A stretch of 64,000 nt of DNA, taken from contig NZ_JAHEBT010000056.1 of the NCBI RefSeq assembly GCF_024642105.1, positions 22,531-86,530 of the forward strand. The letters run 5' to 3'. The translations under genes and the position numbers were made by a program. Source of the stretch: Flavobacterium sp. (GTDB lineage Bacteria > Bacteroidota > Bacteroidia > Flavobacteriales > Flavobacteriaceae). The first letter of the stretch is position 1; every line of letters begins with the position of its first letter. Below are positions 10,077 to 19,294 of the stretch, piece by piece. A model generated the notes under the pieces. That model was not told the DNA's origin. It saw only the letters and a program-made list of their open reading frames with translations, and did not search any database.

Positions 10077-10111
10077 GCCCTTTTTGAAGTAACATTTAGA
10101 AAGGGTTTTTT
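10077..10111 (+). terminator. Possible intrinsic terminator of pheS
   Basis: Weak CCCTTT/AAAGGG stem followed by a T-run. Confidence 0.4.
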
Positions 10112-10208
10112 ACAATATGAAATCGCCATTAACCATAAGTTTGCGCAAGCAAACACCAATAAATAAAGCGATTACATATATGTCCGCTAAAAATTAACTT
10201 TTGCATAT

Positions 10209-10616
10209 ATGAAAAAAGACATCATCATCCCCGAAGTAGAAAATGTTTTTATGGCAGTCGTTCAAGAATGGAGCGATGATTTCATGGAAAAAGTGTGGTA
10301 TGCCTATTTAGTCAACGATTCTGATTTTCAATTAGACGGCGTAATGGTCGTTTCTAAAGCATTTGGAACCTTAGACGGAGAGATGAAAAAAACATCCGTT
10401 TTACGTCATGCTTTTGCGGAAATTCCTGAGGTTTCTGTGGCCAAAATCGAGATGATTGAAAAAAGCCTTTTGGCTTTAAACAATGAATTTATGGTGACCT
10501 TTTTTATAGGGAATACTTTGTATGACAAGAAATTTATTTTCAAAGCGAATTCTATTCAAGAAGCCAATCAAGAAGAAGTGCCAATTCTATTTGTAGAGGG
10601 TGTAATTGTTCGATAA
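10209..10616 (+). CDS. Conserved hypothetical protein
   Basis: 135-aa ORF with typical composition; function not recognised. Confidence 0.75.
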   Translation: MKKDIIIPEVENVFMAVVQEWSDDFMEKVWYAYLVNDSDFQLDGVMVVSKAFGTLDGEMKKTSVLRHAFAEIPEVSVAKIEMIEKSLLALNNEFMVTFFIGNTLYDKKFIFKANSIQEANQEEVPILFVEGVIVR

Positions 10617-10832
10617 TTATTTACCCTCTCTACGTTTTTTAGCGGTCCAGCTAGAGTAGCCCAATATAAAAATCCCAAAAACAATATAACCCACGGCTCT
10701 AAAATAGTAGCCGTTGTCTGCTAATTGGGTGGCTAGTGGTGTTGTGCCAGACAGGTACCAAGTAGAGAAACCGATCATAAAAAGTCCCCAAAAAACACCT
10801 GTTTTAAGCTGATATTTCCATCTTTCGCTCAT
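10617..10832 (-). CDS. Small two-TM membrane protein
   Basis: 71 aa with two hydrophobic helices, 11 nt downstream of the gpsA stop. Confidence 0.65.
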   Translation of the reverse strand: MSERWKYQLKTGVFWGLFMIGFSTWYLSGTTPLATQLADNGYYFRAVGYIVFGIFILGYSSWTAKKRREGK

Positions 10833-10843
10833 AATAATTGTAT

Positions 10844-11839
10844 TTAATCCAGTTGATCTGTCAAGTTTTTGAATACTTTTTTGGCATTTTTTCCTTCGTA
10901 TAAAATGCTGTATACCGCATTAATAATTGGGGTGCTGGCTCCGTAACCTTGATTCAATTGATACGCACTTTTAGTGGCATAATACCCTTCGGCTACCATA
11001 CTCATTTCCATCATCGCACTCTTTACGGTATAACCTTTTCCAATCATATTTCCGAACATTCTGTTTCGAGAAAAAACAGAATATCCTGTAACCAATAAAT
11101 CGCCCAAATAAGCCGAGTCATTGATGTTGCGTTTCATTTTATGTACTTTTTTGATGAATTTCTTCATTTCCCGAATAGCATTACTCATCAAAACCGATTG
11201 GAAGTTATCTCCATAGCCTAAACCATGAGCAATTCCTGCGGCTACTGCATAAATGTTTTTTAACATCGCTGCATATTCAGTACCAATAATGTCATCGGTA
11301 ATTTTAGTTTTGATGTAATTGCTGGATAAATTTTTGGCTACAATGGTCGCTTTTTCAGGATCTCCACACGCAATAGTCAGGTACGAAAGTCGCTCTAATG
11401 CCACCTCTTCGGCATGACAAGGCCCTGTAATTACACCTATATTATAATAAGGAATGTTATAATTGAAATGAAAATGTTCACCCACAATTAAACTCGTTTC
11501 AGGCACAATACCTTTAATGGCAGAGAAAATGATTTTGTTCTCTAGCGAAGTAGTCAAATTAGCCAATTCAGCTTCCAAAAAAGCAGATGGAATAGCAAAA
11601 ATCAGATAATCGGCATAAGCAACCGCTTCGTTAATATCGTGGGTTAATCGTAGTTTATTGGTGTCAAACTCCACCGAACTTAAGTAATTCGGATTGTGTT
11701 TTTCTGTTTTGATATGTTCAATTGCAGCTTCGTTACGCATGTACCAAGAAATTTCTGGTAAATTAGTACATAACATTTTCGCAATGGCGGTAGCCCAACT
11801 ACCTCCACCAATCACTGCAAATTTTAAATTTTCGGCCAT
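10844..11839 (-). CDS. gpsA: NAD(P)H-dependent glycerol-3-phosphate dehydrogenase
   Basis: VIGGGSWATA, AIKGI, TGPCHAEEV, LKNIYAVAAG, GDLLVT..SRNRMFG, VAEG. Confidence 0.95.
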   Translation of the reverse strand: MAENLKFAVIGGGSWATAIAKMLCTNLPEISWYMRNEAAIEHIKTEKHNPNYLSSVEFDTNKLRLTHDINEAVAYADYLIFAIPSAFLEAELANLTTSLENKIIFSAIKGIVPETSLIVGEHFHFNYNIPYYNIGVITGPCHAEEVALERLSYLTIACGDPEKATIVAKNLSSNYIKTKITDDIIGTEYAAMLKNIYAVAAGIAHGLGYGDNFQSVLMSNAIREMKKFIKKVHKMKRNINDSAYLGDLLVTGYSVFSRNRMFGNMIGKGYTVKSAMMEMSMVAEGYYATKSAYQLNQGYGASTPIINAVYSILYEGKNAKKVFKNLTDQLD

Positions 11840-11858
11840 TTTATGTATTGGATTTAAT

Positions 11859-11866
11859 CAAAAGTA
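11859..11866 (-). promoter_or_regulatory. -7 promoter element of gpsA
   Basis: TACTTTTG on the minus strand. Confidence 0.6.
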
Positions 11867-12070
11867 GGTAAAAAAAACAAAAAACACCAATTTATTCTAA
11901 TTGGCATTATCAGAAGTGATAGGCTTTAGCAATACAACGACTACATTTTTATTTATTTTTTTACACTGCTGCACAATAAAAAATAATAGTTTACGTTGTA
12001 AACTATTATTAATGAAGTTTTTATAGTTAAAAATGCACTTTGAGTTAGTTAGTTTTGTTTTTGTATTTTG

Positions 12071-12107
12071 AAAAGGCGTCCCACAGTAGTTAGTAGAACG
12101 CCTTTTT
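12071..12107 (-). terminator. Intrinsic terminator of the alcohol dehydrogenase gene
   Basis: AAAAGGCGT...ACGCCTTTT stem directly downstream of the stop. Confidence 0.6.
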
Positions 12108-12116
12108 GATTTTAAA

Positions 12117-13280
12117 CTAATAGCTCAATTCAACAATCTTACGCAGTTTGTCTAAAGTAAGGTTTTGTCTTTCTCCTAATGCTTTCCAACCTCTTTCTTC
12201 AAATCGATTTACGATAAAATCAGCTGTGTTTTCAATGTTAACAGCATTTTCAGAAATTTTGGTTTTCATTCCCATGGTGTGGTAAAAAGCTACGGTTGCT
12301 TCAATCGCTTGACGGGCAATTTCTTCCTCGGTTCCAGTCAATTGGAACACTCTTTTTCCGTATTGCGCTAATTTTTCTTTTTTGGTTTCAAATAAAACGC
12401 GGAATAGATTAGGGCCAATAATAGCCAATGTTCTGGCGTGGTCAATATTGTATAAAGCTGTTAATTCATGTCCAATCATGTGTGTCGCCCAGTCTGACGG
12501 AACGCCTTTTTGAATCAATCCGTTTAATGCCATGGTACAACTCCACATGAAGTTAGAGGCCAAGGTATAATCGGTTGGATTTTCGACTACTTGAGGCCCA
12601 ACTTCAATTAGGGTTTGTAAAATGCTTTCGGCAATTCGATCTTGTAAATAGCCTTCGTGCGGATAGGTTAAATATTGTTCCAAAACGTGAACATAAGCGT
12701 CAATAACACCATTTTGTAGTTGCCTTTTTGGTAAAGAAGCAATTACGCTTGGATCACAAATTGAAAACTTTGGAAACATAGCCGAACCACCAAAATCGCG
12801 TTTTTCTTGCGTTGCTTTTATAGAAACCACTGACCCTGAATTCATTTCACTTCCTGTAGCAGGCAAAGTTAGAACCGTTCCAAAAGGAACCACATCAGCA
12901 CCTTCTTTGAAGATGATTCTTTGGTGTAGAATGTCCATTGGATTGCCTTCAAATTTAACGGCAGCCGAGATGAATTTTACTCCGTCTATTACGCTTCCGC
13001 CACCCACAGCCAAAATGAAATCTATTTTTTGTTCGCGAATGATTTCCACAGCTTTCATCAACGTTTCATAATACGGGTTGGCTTCGATTCCGCCAAATTC
13101 CACCACATCAAAACCGTGTAGTGCCGTTTTTACTTGATCGTAAATTCCATTTTTAAAAATACTTCCACCGCCATAAGCGACTAATACTTTCGATTCTTTA
13201 GGAATTAAAGTACTTAATTTTTCTATTTCTCCTTTTCCAAAAATTAATTTGACAGGATTGTATAATTCAAAATTTAACAT
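12117..13280 (-). CDS. Iron-containing alcohol dehydrogenase (YqhD/Bdh-like)
   Basis: YGGGSI, AVGGGSVIDG, TLPATGSEMN, DWATHMIGHELTA, HARTLAI. Confidence 0.92.
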   Translation of the reverse strand: MLNFELYNPVKLIFGKGEIEKLSTLIPKESKVLVAYGGGSIFKNGIYDQVKTALHGFDVVEFGGIEANPYYETLMKAVEIIREQKIDFILAVGGGSVIDGVKFISAAVKFEGNPMDILHQRIIFKEGADVVPFGTVLTLPATGSEMNSGSVVSIKATQEKRDFGGSAMFPKFSICDPSVIASLPKRQLQNGVIDAYVHVLEQYLTYPHEGYLQDRIAESILQTLIEVGPQVVENPTDYTLASNFMWSCTMALNGLIQKGVPSDWATHMIGHELTALYNIDHARTLAIIGPNLFRVLFETKKEKLAQYGKRVFQLTGTEEEIARQAIEATVAFYHTMGMKTKISENAVNIENTADFIVNRFEERGWKALGERQNLTLDKLRKIVELSY

Positions 13281-13352
13281 GAGTATAAGTTTTTATTAAA
13301 GGTACTAAATTAGGAAGTAACAGCTTGGTAAACAACTGTTAATAGTGCCGTT

Positions 13353-13943
13353 TTATTTTTTGTAAAAATTATTGTGATCAATGTATTCCCAAACTTTTGG
13401 AGGTAGTAAAGGCAGTACATTTTTTCCTTTTTTGATATGTTCTCTAATAGATGTAGAAGATATTTCTACTACTGGAGCATTAATTAGATGGATTTTTGGA
13501 TGGTTTGTAAAAAGTGTGTTTTCGGTAGCGTCATCGGCGGAGTCTAGTCGTGGATAGACATAGATTTCGTGATGTGCCAAAATAGCCTCGTAATTTTTCC
13601 ATTTGTGGAACGACTTCAAATTGTCTTCGCCCATAATTAAAGAGAACGTATGCTCGGGATATTTTTCTTCCAAATGAACCAAAGTATTCACGGTATAATT
13701 AGGTTGTGAAAGCTTGAATTCAATATCCGAAGGTTTAATTTTCGGAAAATCTTCCGTTGCCAAAAACACCATTTCTAATCGGTGATGGTCAGCCAGCAGT
13801 GTGCTTTTCTTTTTCAACGGATTGTGTGGGGTAACCACCATCCAAACCTGGTCTAAATCGGCATGCTCCGCCATGTGATTGGCAATAATTAAATGCCCCA
13901 CATGAATTGGATTAAACGTTCCGAAATAGAGACCTATTTTCAT
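13353..13943 (-). CDS. nadD: Nicotinate-nucleotide adenylyltransferase
   Basis: GLYFGTFNPIHVGH, LIMGEDN, ISSTSIR; ATG 13943 preferred. Confidence 0.96.
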   Translation of the reverse strand: MKIGLYFGTFNPIHVGHLIIANHMAEHADLDQVWMVVTPHNPLKKKSTLLADHHRLEMVFLATEDFPKIKPSDIEFKLSQPNYTVNTLVHLEEKYPEHTFSLIMGEDNLKSFHKWKNYEAILAHHEIYVYPRLDSADDATENTLFTNHPKIHLINAPVVEISSTSIREHIKKGKNVLPLLPPKVWEYIDHNNFYKK

Positions 13944-13958
13944 TTTATCTTCTTTTTT

Positions 13959-14026
13959 AGGCAATAGGCAATAGCCATAAGTGATTAGCTAATAAACTAA
14001 TGCCTTTTGGCTAATGGCTTTTGCCT
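13959..14026. repeat. GGCAATA/GGCAAAA heptamer-type palindromic element overlapping the gmk stop
   Basis: AGGCAATAGGCAATAGCC...GGCTAATGGCTTTTGCCT; 7-nt periodicity with inverted ends. Confidence 0.6.
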
Positions 14027-14595
14027 TCGTTGATGAAATTTTTCACTAATTGATACGCTTCGTCTAAAGCTACCTCTAAGTCGTAATTTTTTATGATTAC
14101 ATCAAATTGTGGCGCAGTAGCTAATTCTACGTGGGCTTTTGCAATACGCATATTGATTTTTTCTTCGCTTTCGGTAGAGCGCTCTTTCAACCTGCGTTTT
14201 AGTTCGTCAACGCTTGGTGGTTTCACAAAAACGGCTAAGGTTTCTTCTGGGAATTTAGATTTAATACGCAAACCGCCAGCTACATCAATATCAAAAATCA
14301 CATTTTTGCCTTTGGCCCAAATGCGCTCCACTTCGCTTTTTAAAGTTCCGTAAAAATTATCGCGGTACACTTCTTCCCATTCTACAAAATCTTCATTTTT
14401 GATGTGTTGTTTGAATTGGTCTAACGACATAAAATAATAGTCCTTACCATTCACTTCTTCACCACGCGCTTCGCGAGTAGCCGCTGAAATGGAGAACTCT
14501 AAATTCAAATCGGCCTGCGCCAATAAATGCCTAACTATAGTAGTTTTTCCCGAACCTGATGGAGCTGAGAATACGATTAATTTTCCTTTTTTCAT
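14011..14595 (-). CDS. gmk: Guanylate kinase
   Basis: P-loop APSGSGKT, ATREARGEE.NGKDYYF, FDIDVAGG. Confidence 0.97.
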   Translation of the reverse strand: MKKGKLIVFSAPSGSGKTTIVRHLLAQADLNLEFSISAATREARGEEVNGKDYYFMSLDQFKQHIKNEDFVEWEEVYRDNFYGTLKSEVERIWAKGKNVIFDIDVAGGLRIKSKFPEETLAVFVKPPSVDELKRRLKERSTESEEKINMRIAKAHVELATAPQFDVIIKNYDLEVALDEAYQLVKNFINEGKSH

Positions 14596-14601
14596 TTTAA
14601 A

Positions 14602-14642
14602 GTCATTGCGAGGAGTTGCGAGGCACGAAGCAAAGCAATCTC
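14602..14642. repeat. GTCATTGCGAG...AAGCAATC REP-like element
   Basis: Shares both ends with 20009-20040. Confidence 0.7.
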
Positions 14643-14665
14643 ATCCTCTTTTTTAGTTGGTGCTC

Positions 14666-14727
14666 TGTCATCCTGAACTTGTTTCAGGATCTCAATTTTC
14701 AGATTCTGAAACAAGTTCAGAATGACA
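14666..14727. repeat. TGTCA-tagged REP doublet (inverted pair of hairpin units)
   Basis: TGTCATCCTGAACTTGTTTCAGGATCT...AGATTCTGAAACAAGTTCAGAATGACA; siblings at 22243 and 24966. Confidence 0.85.
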
Positions 14728-14732
14728 AAAAA

Positions 14733-15593
14733 TTACAAAACGTTTAAAACCTGCTCCTTAATTTTCTCCAATTCGTCTTTCATTTGAACGACTAATTTTT
14801 GCATTTGTGCGTGATTCGATTTAGAACCCATGGTGTTGATTTCGCGTCCCATTTCTTGGGTAATAAAACCTAATTTTCTACCATTAGCTTCCGTTCCTTT
14901 GATCGTTTCTAAGAAATAATCCAAATGATTCGTTAAGCGCACTTTTTCTTCGGTAATATCTAATTTTTCCAAGTAGTAAATCAATTCTTGTTCGAAACGA
15001 TTTTCATCTACGTTTACTTTTAATTCGGCAATGGCAGTTTGCAAACGGTCCTTAATGGCTTGAACACGTTCTGGATCCAGTGCCAACGCTTCGTTCATGT
15101 ACTGGCGAATATTCGCAATACGCAATTGAAATTCTTTTTCAAGCGATTGTCCTTCGTCTTTTCTAAAGTTCAAGATGTTTTGCAACGCTTCGTTGATAGC
15201 GGTTTCGATTTGCGACCAATCCTTTTCGTCAATTTCTTCACGCTCAATTTTCATGGTATCCGGCATGCGAATTGCCATTTTCATCAATTCTACTTCATCA
15301 GCTTCAGTATAAACGGCTCTTAATTGTTCGATATACCCTTTCACAATTGGCACATTGACTTTGGTTGAAGTTTGTTCGGCCGTACTTTCGATGAAAATCG
15401 AAAAATCGACCTTACCTCTTTCTAATTTCAGTGCAATTTGGTTGCGCAAACCCAATTCCATTTCGCGGTAAAGCGAAGGGATTCTTACATTTAAATCGAG
15501 TCCTTTACTGTTTAATGATTTTACTTCTACCGTGATTTTTTTGGTTGGTAATTGCAACGTAGCTTTACCAAAACCAGTCATTGATTGTATCAT
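14733..15593 (-). CDS. yicC: YicC/YloC family endoribonuclease
   Basis: MIQSMTGFG, EVKSLNSK, DITEEKVRL, GRKLGFITQEMGREINTMGSKS. Confidence 0.95.
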   Translation of the reverse strand: MIQSMTGFGKATLQLPTKKITVEVKSLNSKGLDLNVRIPSLYREMELGLRNQIALKLERGKVDFSIFIESTAEQTSTKVNVPIVKGYIEQLRAVYTEADEVELMKMAIRMPDTMKIEREEIDEKDWSQIETAINEALQNILNFRKDEGQSLEKEFQLRIANIRQYMNEALALDPERVQAIKDRLQTAIAELKVNVDENRFEQELIYYLEKLDITEEKVRLTNHLDYFLETIKGTEANGRKLGFITQEMGREINTMGSKSNHAQMQKLVVQMKDELEKIKEQVLNVL

Positions 15594-15630
15594 ATATGAA
15601 TTGTGTAATAGCTACAAATGTATTGAAATT

Positions 15631-16530
15631 TTAGGATTTCTTCATTGTAACCAGATAAACCCCACTAAAAATTAGCGCTGCCGAGATTATTTTAACGCCA
15701 TTCAATTCGTCTTTTCCTAATCCAATGGCAAAAATGGTAGCAAACAGCGGCTGCAAATACACAAAAACAGCTACTGTAGTTGGACTTAATTCTTTCATGG
15801 AAAGCAGGTTCAATAAATAATTTAGGAAAGTTGAAAAGAACACGACGAAGCCAATTTTCCAAAAAACAGGCATGGGTACAACAGCCCAATTGACAGTTTG
15901 AAAAACATCCCAGCCAAAAGGCAAAACCATTAGAAATCCGATTAAATAAATCCATTTTACAAAAGTAAAAGCGTTGTAGGTATGCATTAATTTTTTGACA
16001 ATGATGAGGTAAAAACCGTAAGAAATAGCATTGATTAAGACTAATAAATTGCCCAAACCTGCATTGGTAGCGTTACCAACCGACTTGCCATACAGAATAA
16101 GGAAAGTAGTTCCAATCAATCCTAATAGGAGTCCTGTAATCATTCGTTTTCGTAAGCGCTCTTTCAAAATAATCGCCGAAAGCACCAAAACAATCATAGG
16201 AGTGGATACCATAATTACGGCGGCACTGATAGGAGAAGTGAGGCTTAACCCTTTGAAAAAACAAAGCATATTCAAGGCTATTCCGAAGAAAGCGGCTGCG
16301 ATTACTCTAGGGAAATCCGCACGGCTTATTTTTTCGGAAGGGATTTTACCGCTGAATTTTAGCACCACCCAGATTAACCAAAATAAAATGGTGGACCCGC
16401 CTGCCCGAAAAACGATAAATCCGTAAGCATCCACATACTGAGGCATCACATCTTTGGCGATGGTAAAGGTCATTCCATAGATGATAGAAACAAAAGTAGC
16501 GGCTAGTAAAGCGAGATTTCGTTTAGACAT
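15631..16530 (-). CDS. DMT/EamA family transporter
   Basis: About ten TM helices in two EamA repeats; YLQPLFATIFAI. Confidence 0.9.
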   Translation of the reverse strand: MSKRNLALLAATFVSIIYGMTFTIAKDVMPQYVDAYGFIVFRAGGSTILFWLIWVVLKFSGKIPSEKISRADFPRVIAAAFFGIALNMLCFFKGLSLTSPISAAVIMVSTPMIVLVLSAIILKERLRKRMITGLLLGLIGTTFLILYGKSVGNATNAGLGNLLVLINAISYGFYLIIVKKLMHTYNAFTFVKWIYLIGFLMVLPFGWDVFQTVNWAVVPMPVFWKIGFVVFFSTFLNYLLNLLSMKELSPTTVAVFVYLQPLFATIFAIGLGKDELNGVKIISAALIFSGVYLVTMKKS

Positions 16531-16880
16531 TAGCGTAATGCGTTGTGAACTTGGAGTATATTTTGTTGGCTGTTGCCAATGTAGATGGCTCCGTTAATAA
16601 TAAAAACGGGGCGACTCAAAAAAGTATAGTGTTCCAAGAGGTATTTCTTAAAATCGGTTTCGGTAAGGGCTTTGTCCTTTAATCCTAAAGACTTGTATAA
16701 TTGTGCTTTTTTGCTAAAAAGGGCCTCGTAACTGCCCGAAAGTTGGTACATTTCGTCTAATTGTTCTTCAGTAATAGGGTCTTGTTTGATATCGTGAAAA
16801 ACCAAATTATGGCCTTCTGGCAAGGCTTTAATTATTTTTCGGCAGGTGTCGCAAGAAGCGAGGTAGTATATTTTGTTCAT
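16530..16880 (-). CDS. ArsC/Spx-like thioredoxin-fold protein
   Basis: CDTC motif and the LSRPV motif. Confidence 0.85.
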   Translation of the reverse strand: MNKIYYLASCDTCRKIIKALPEGHNLVFHDIKQDPITEEQLDEMYQLSGSYEALFSKKAQLYKSLGLKDKALTETDFKKYLLEHYTFLSRPVFIINGAIYIGNSQQNILQVHNALR

Positions 16881-16966
16881 ATTGAAACGCGATTACTTTT
16901 TTGCAAAGAAAATTCATTTGATACTTAAAATGATTATTTTTAGCAAAAATTTCAAATCAAAACCCA

Positions 16967-17422
16967 ATGGAACAAACATTCGAACTGAACAGAACTAGCC
17001 GAAAATTAATCGCTCCCTTTTTAGAGGACTACACTTTAGACCAATTAAATGCAATTCCGGAAGGATTTAGCAATAATTTATTTTGGAATATTGCCCACGT
17101 TGTAGTGACTCAGCAGTTGTTAATTTACAAGCTTTCCGGTTTGAACATGTTAGTTTCTGACGAATTGGTAGACAAATACAGAAAAGGAACTAAACCAGAA
17201 CAAGCCGCGACTCAAGCTGAAGTTGACGAAATAAAATCCCTTTTATTTGATACTATAGACCAAACGCAAGCCGATTATGGTAGTGGTTTATTTACTGAAT
17301 TTACTGAATATCCTACCTCTAGTGGATTTGTCTTGAAAAATGTCAAAGACGCGATGGCGTATAATAATTTTCACGAAGGACTTCATCTTGGAATTATAAT
17401 GAGTATTCGCAAGTTGCTGTAA
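16967..17422 (+). CDS. DinB family protein
   Basis: NNLFWNIAH and NNFHEGLHLG histidine motifs. Confidence 0.88.
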   Translation: MEQTFELNRTSRKLIAPFLEDYTLDQLNAIPEGFSNNLFWNIAHVVVTQQLLIYKLSGLNMLVSDELVDKYRKGTKPEQAATQAEVDEIKSLLFDTIDQTQADYGSGLFTEFTEYPTSSGFVLKNVKDAMAYNNFHEGLHLGIIMSIRKLL

Positions 17423-17594
17423 AGTATTTTTTCTTGAAATAATAAAACAATCATTTTATGTAAAAATTGCGAAAACTATATCGTTTTCGTAAATTTTATT
17501 ATTGTAAGTGTAAATTTCTTTAAAATAGCTTGTTAAAACGATAAATCTGCAAAAAAACTCGTTAAATGGCGTGGATTTATTCTTCAATTACATC

Positions 17595-17602
17595 TATCTT
17601 TG
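17595..17602 (+). promoter_or_regulatory. -7 promoter element of gdhA
   Basis: TATCTTTG about 80 nt upstream of the ATG. Confidence 0.5.
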
Positions 17603-17681
17603 TTTGTAGTTACGAAATCGATTTCTTAAAAACCGATTTGAACTTAAAATCAATTGTATTGACCTAAATTTAGTGCTAAAG

Positions 17682-19025
17682 ATGGAAGAAAAAATAAATC
17701 AATTTATGGCTTTGGTAGAAGCCAAAAATCCAAACGAACCTGAATTCATTCAAGCCGTTAGAGAATTTGCTGAAACAGTAATTCCGTTTATCTCCGAACG
17801 AAAAAAATACGACGGAAAAAACATATTACTTCGTATTGCCGAGCCAGAGCGTTCTATCATTTTTAGAGTGCCGTGGGTGGATGATAAAGGAGAAATTATT
17901 GTAAATCGCGGATTTAGAATCCAAATGAACTCGGCTATTGGACCGTATAAAGGCGGAATTCGTTTTCATCATACCGTGAATTTATCGGTTTTGAAATTCT
18001 TGGCTTTCGAACAAGTATTCAAAAATAGTTTGACTACACTACCAATGGGTGGTGGAAAAGGAGGCTCTGATTTTGATCCAGAAGGAAAATCGGATGGTGA
18101 AATCATGCGTTTCTGTCAATCGTTTATGACGGAATTGTGCCGTCACATTGGACCAGATTTGGATGTTCCTGCGGGAGATATCGGAGTAGGAGCAAGAGAA
18201 ATTGGCTACTTATTTGGACAATACAAACGCATTCGCAATGAATTTACGGGAGTATTAACCGGAAAAGGATTGGCTTACGGAGGTTCATTAATTCGTCCAG
18301 AAGCAACAGGATACGGTGTAGTATATTTTACAGAGCAAATGTTGCGTACCATTGGTCAAGATATCAAAGGGAAAACCGTAGCGATTTCAGGTTTTGGAAA
18401 CGTGGCTTGGGGAGTCGCTTTGAAAGTGAATGAATTAGGTGGAAAAGTCGTGACCATTTCAGGTCCTGACGGGTATATTTATGATAAAGACGGAATTTCA
18501 GGTGAAAAAATCGACTTTATGTTGGAGTTAAGAGCGCGTGGCGATAACAAAGCCGAAGCCTATTTAGAGAAATATCCTAACGCCGAGTTCCACAAAGGCA
18601 AAAGCCCTTGGGAGGCTAAAGTAGATATCGCGATTCCATGTGCGACTCAAAATGAGTTGAACGAGCAAGATGCTAAAAATTTAATTGCTAACGGTGTGAT
18701 TTGTGTAACCGAAGCGGCGAATATGCCTTGTACTTTAGAAGCAATCAAATTGTTCCTAGAAAACAAAGTGCTTTTTGCTCCAGGTAAAGCCGCTAATGCG
18801 GGTGGAGTTGCTGCTTCTGGTTTAGAAATGACGCAAAATTCCATTCGTTTGAACTGGACGAGCGAGGAAGTAGATGCGCGATTAAAAGACATTATGGTGG
18901 GGATTCACAATCAATGTAAAAAATATGGTGCAGAAGAAGATGGGTATGTTAACTATGTAAAAGGAGCCAATATCGCTGGATTTGTGAAAGTAGCTGATGC
19001 AATGCTTGCACAAGGGGTGGTATAA
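17682..19025 (+). CDS. gdhA: NADP-specific glutamate dehydrogenase
   Basis: GPYKGGIRFH, LPMGGGKGGSDFDP, DVPAGDIGVG, RPEATGYG, GFGNV, APGKAANAGGV. Confidence 0.97.
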   Translation: MEEKINQFMALVEAKNPNEPEFIQAVREFAETVIPFISERKKYDGKNILLRIAEPERSIIFRVPWVDDKGEIIVNRGFRIQMNSAIGPYKGGIRFHHTVNLSVLKFLAFEQVFKNSLTTLPMGGGKGGSDFDPEGKSDGEIMRFCQSFMTELCRHIGPDLDVPAGDIGVGAREIGYLFGQYKRIRNEFTGVLTGKGLAYGGSLIRPEATGYGVVYFTEQMLRTIGQDIKGKTVAISGFGNVAWGVALKVNELGGKVVTISGPDGYIYDKDGISGEKIDFMLELRARGDNKAEAYLEKYPNAEFHKGKSPWEAKVDIAIPCATQNELNEQDAKNLIANGVICVTEAANMPCTLEAIKLFLENKVLFAPGKAANAGGVAASGLEMTQNSIRLNWTSEEVDARLKDIMVGIHNQCKKYGAEEDGYVNYVKGANIAGFVKVADAMLAQGVV

Positions 19026-19044
19026 GACTATTAATTCAAATGCT

Positions 19045-19082
19045 AAAAAACCTTCTTTCGATTTTCGGGAGAAGGTTTTTTT
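19045..19082 (+). terminator. Intrinsic terminator of gdhA
   Basis: AAAAAACCTTCT...AGAAGGTTTTTT hairpin. Confidence 0.75.
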
Positions 19083-19173
19083 ATATGTAGTATATTTGTA
19101 CGTTAATAATCAAAACATTGATTTTTTAAATCCTAAATAGTAGCCTTTTTGATTTAGGTTAATTAAAATTGGA

Positions 19174-19239
19174 CCACGGATTTTACAGATTATACTGATT
19201 TTCACGGATAAAATCCGTTGAATCCGTTAAATCTGTGGC
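19174..19239. repeat. Gene-less element with the ends of the GxxExxY cassette (nonamer-periodic MITE)
   Basis: ACGGATTTTACAGATT (19176-19191) is identical to 44781-44796; the right arm matches 45213-45240 at 23 of 28 nt. Confidence 0.8.
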
Positions 19240-19294
19240 AAAAAACAGTTAATAAATGAGTTTGATTTTTCACCAAATAGTACTATTTCAATAA

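Noticed and set aside
17613-17624. GAAATCGATTTC palindrome in the gdhA leader
   Set aside because: Only 12 bp in AT-rich DNA, with no supporting context.
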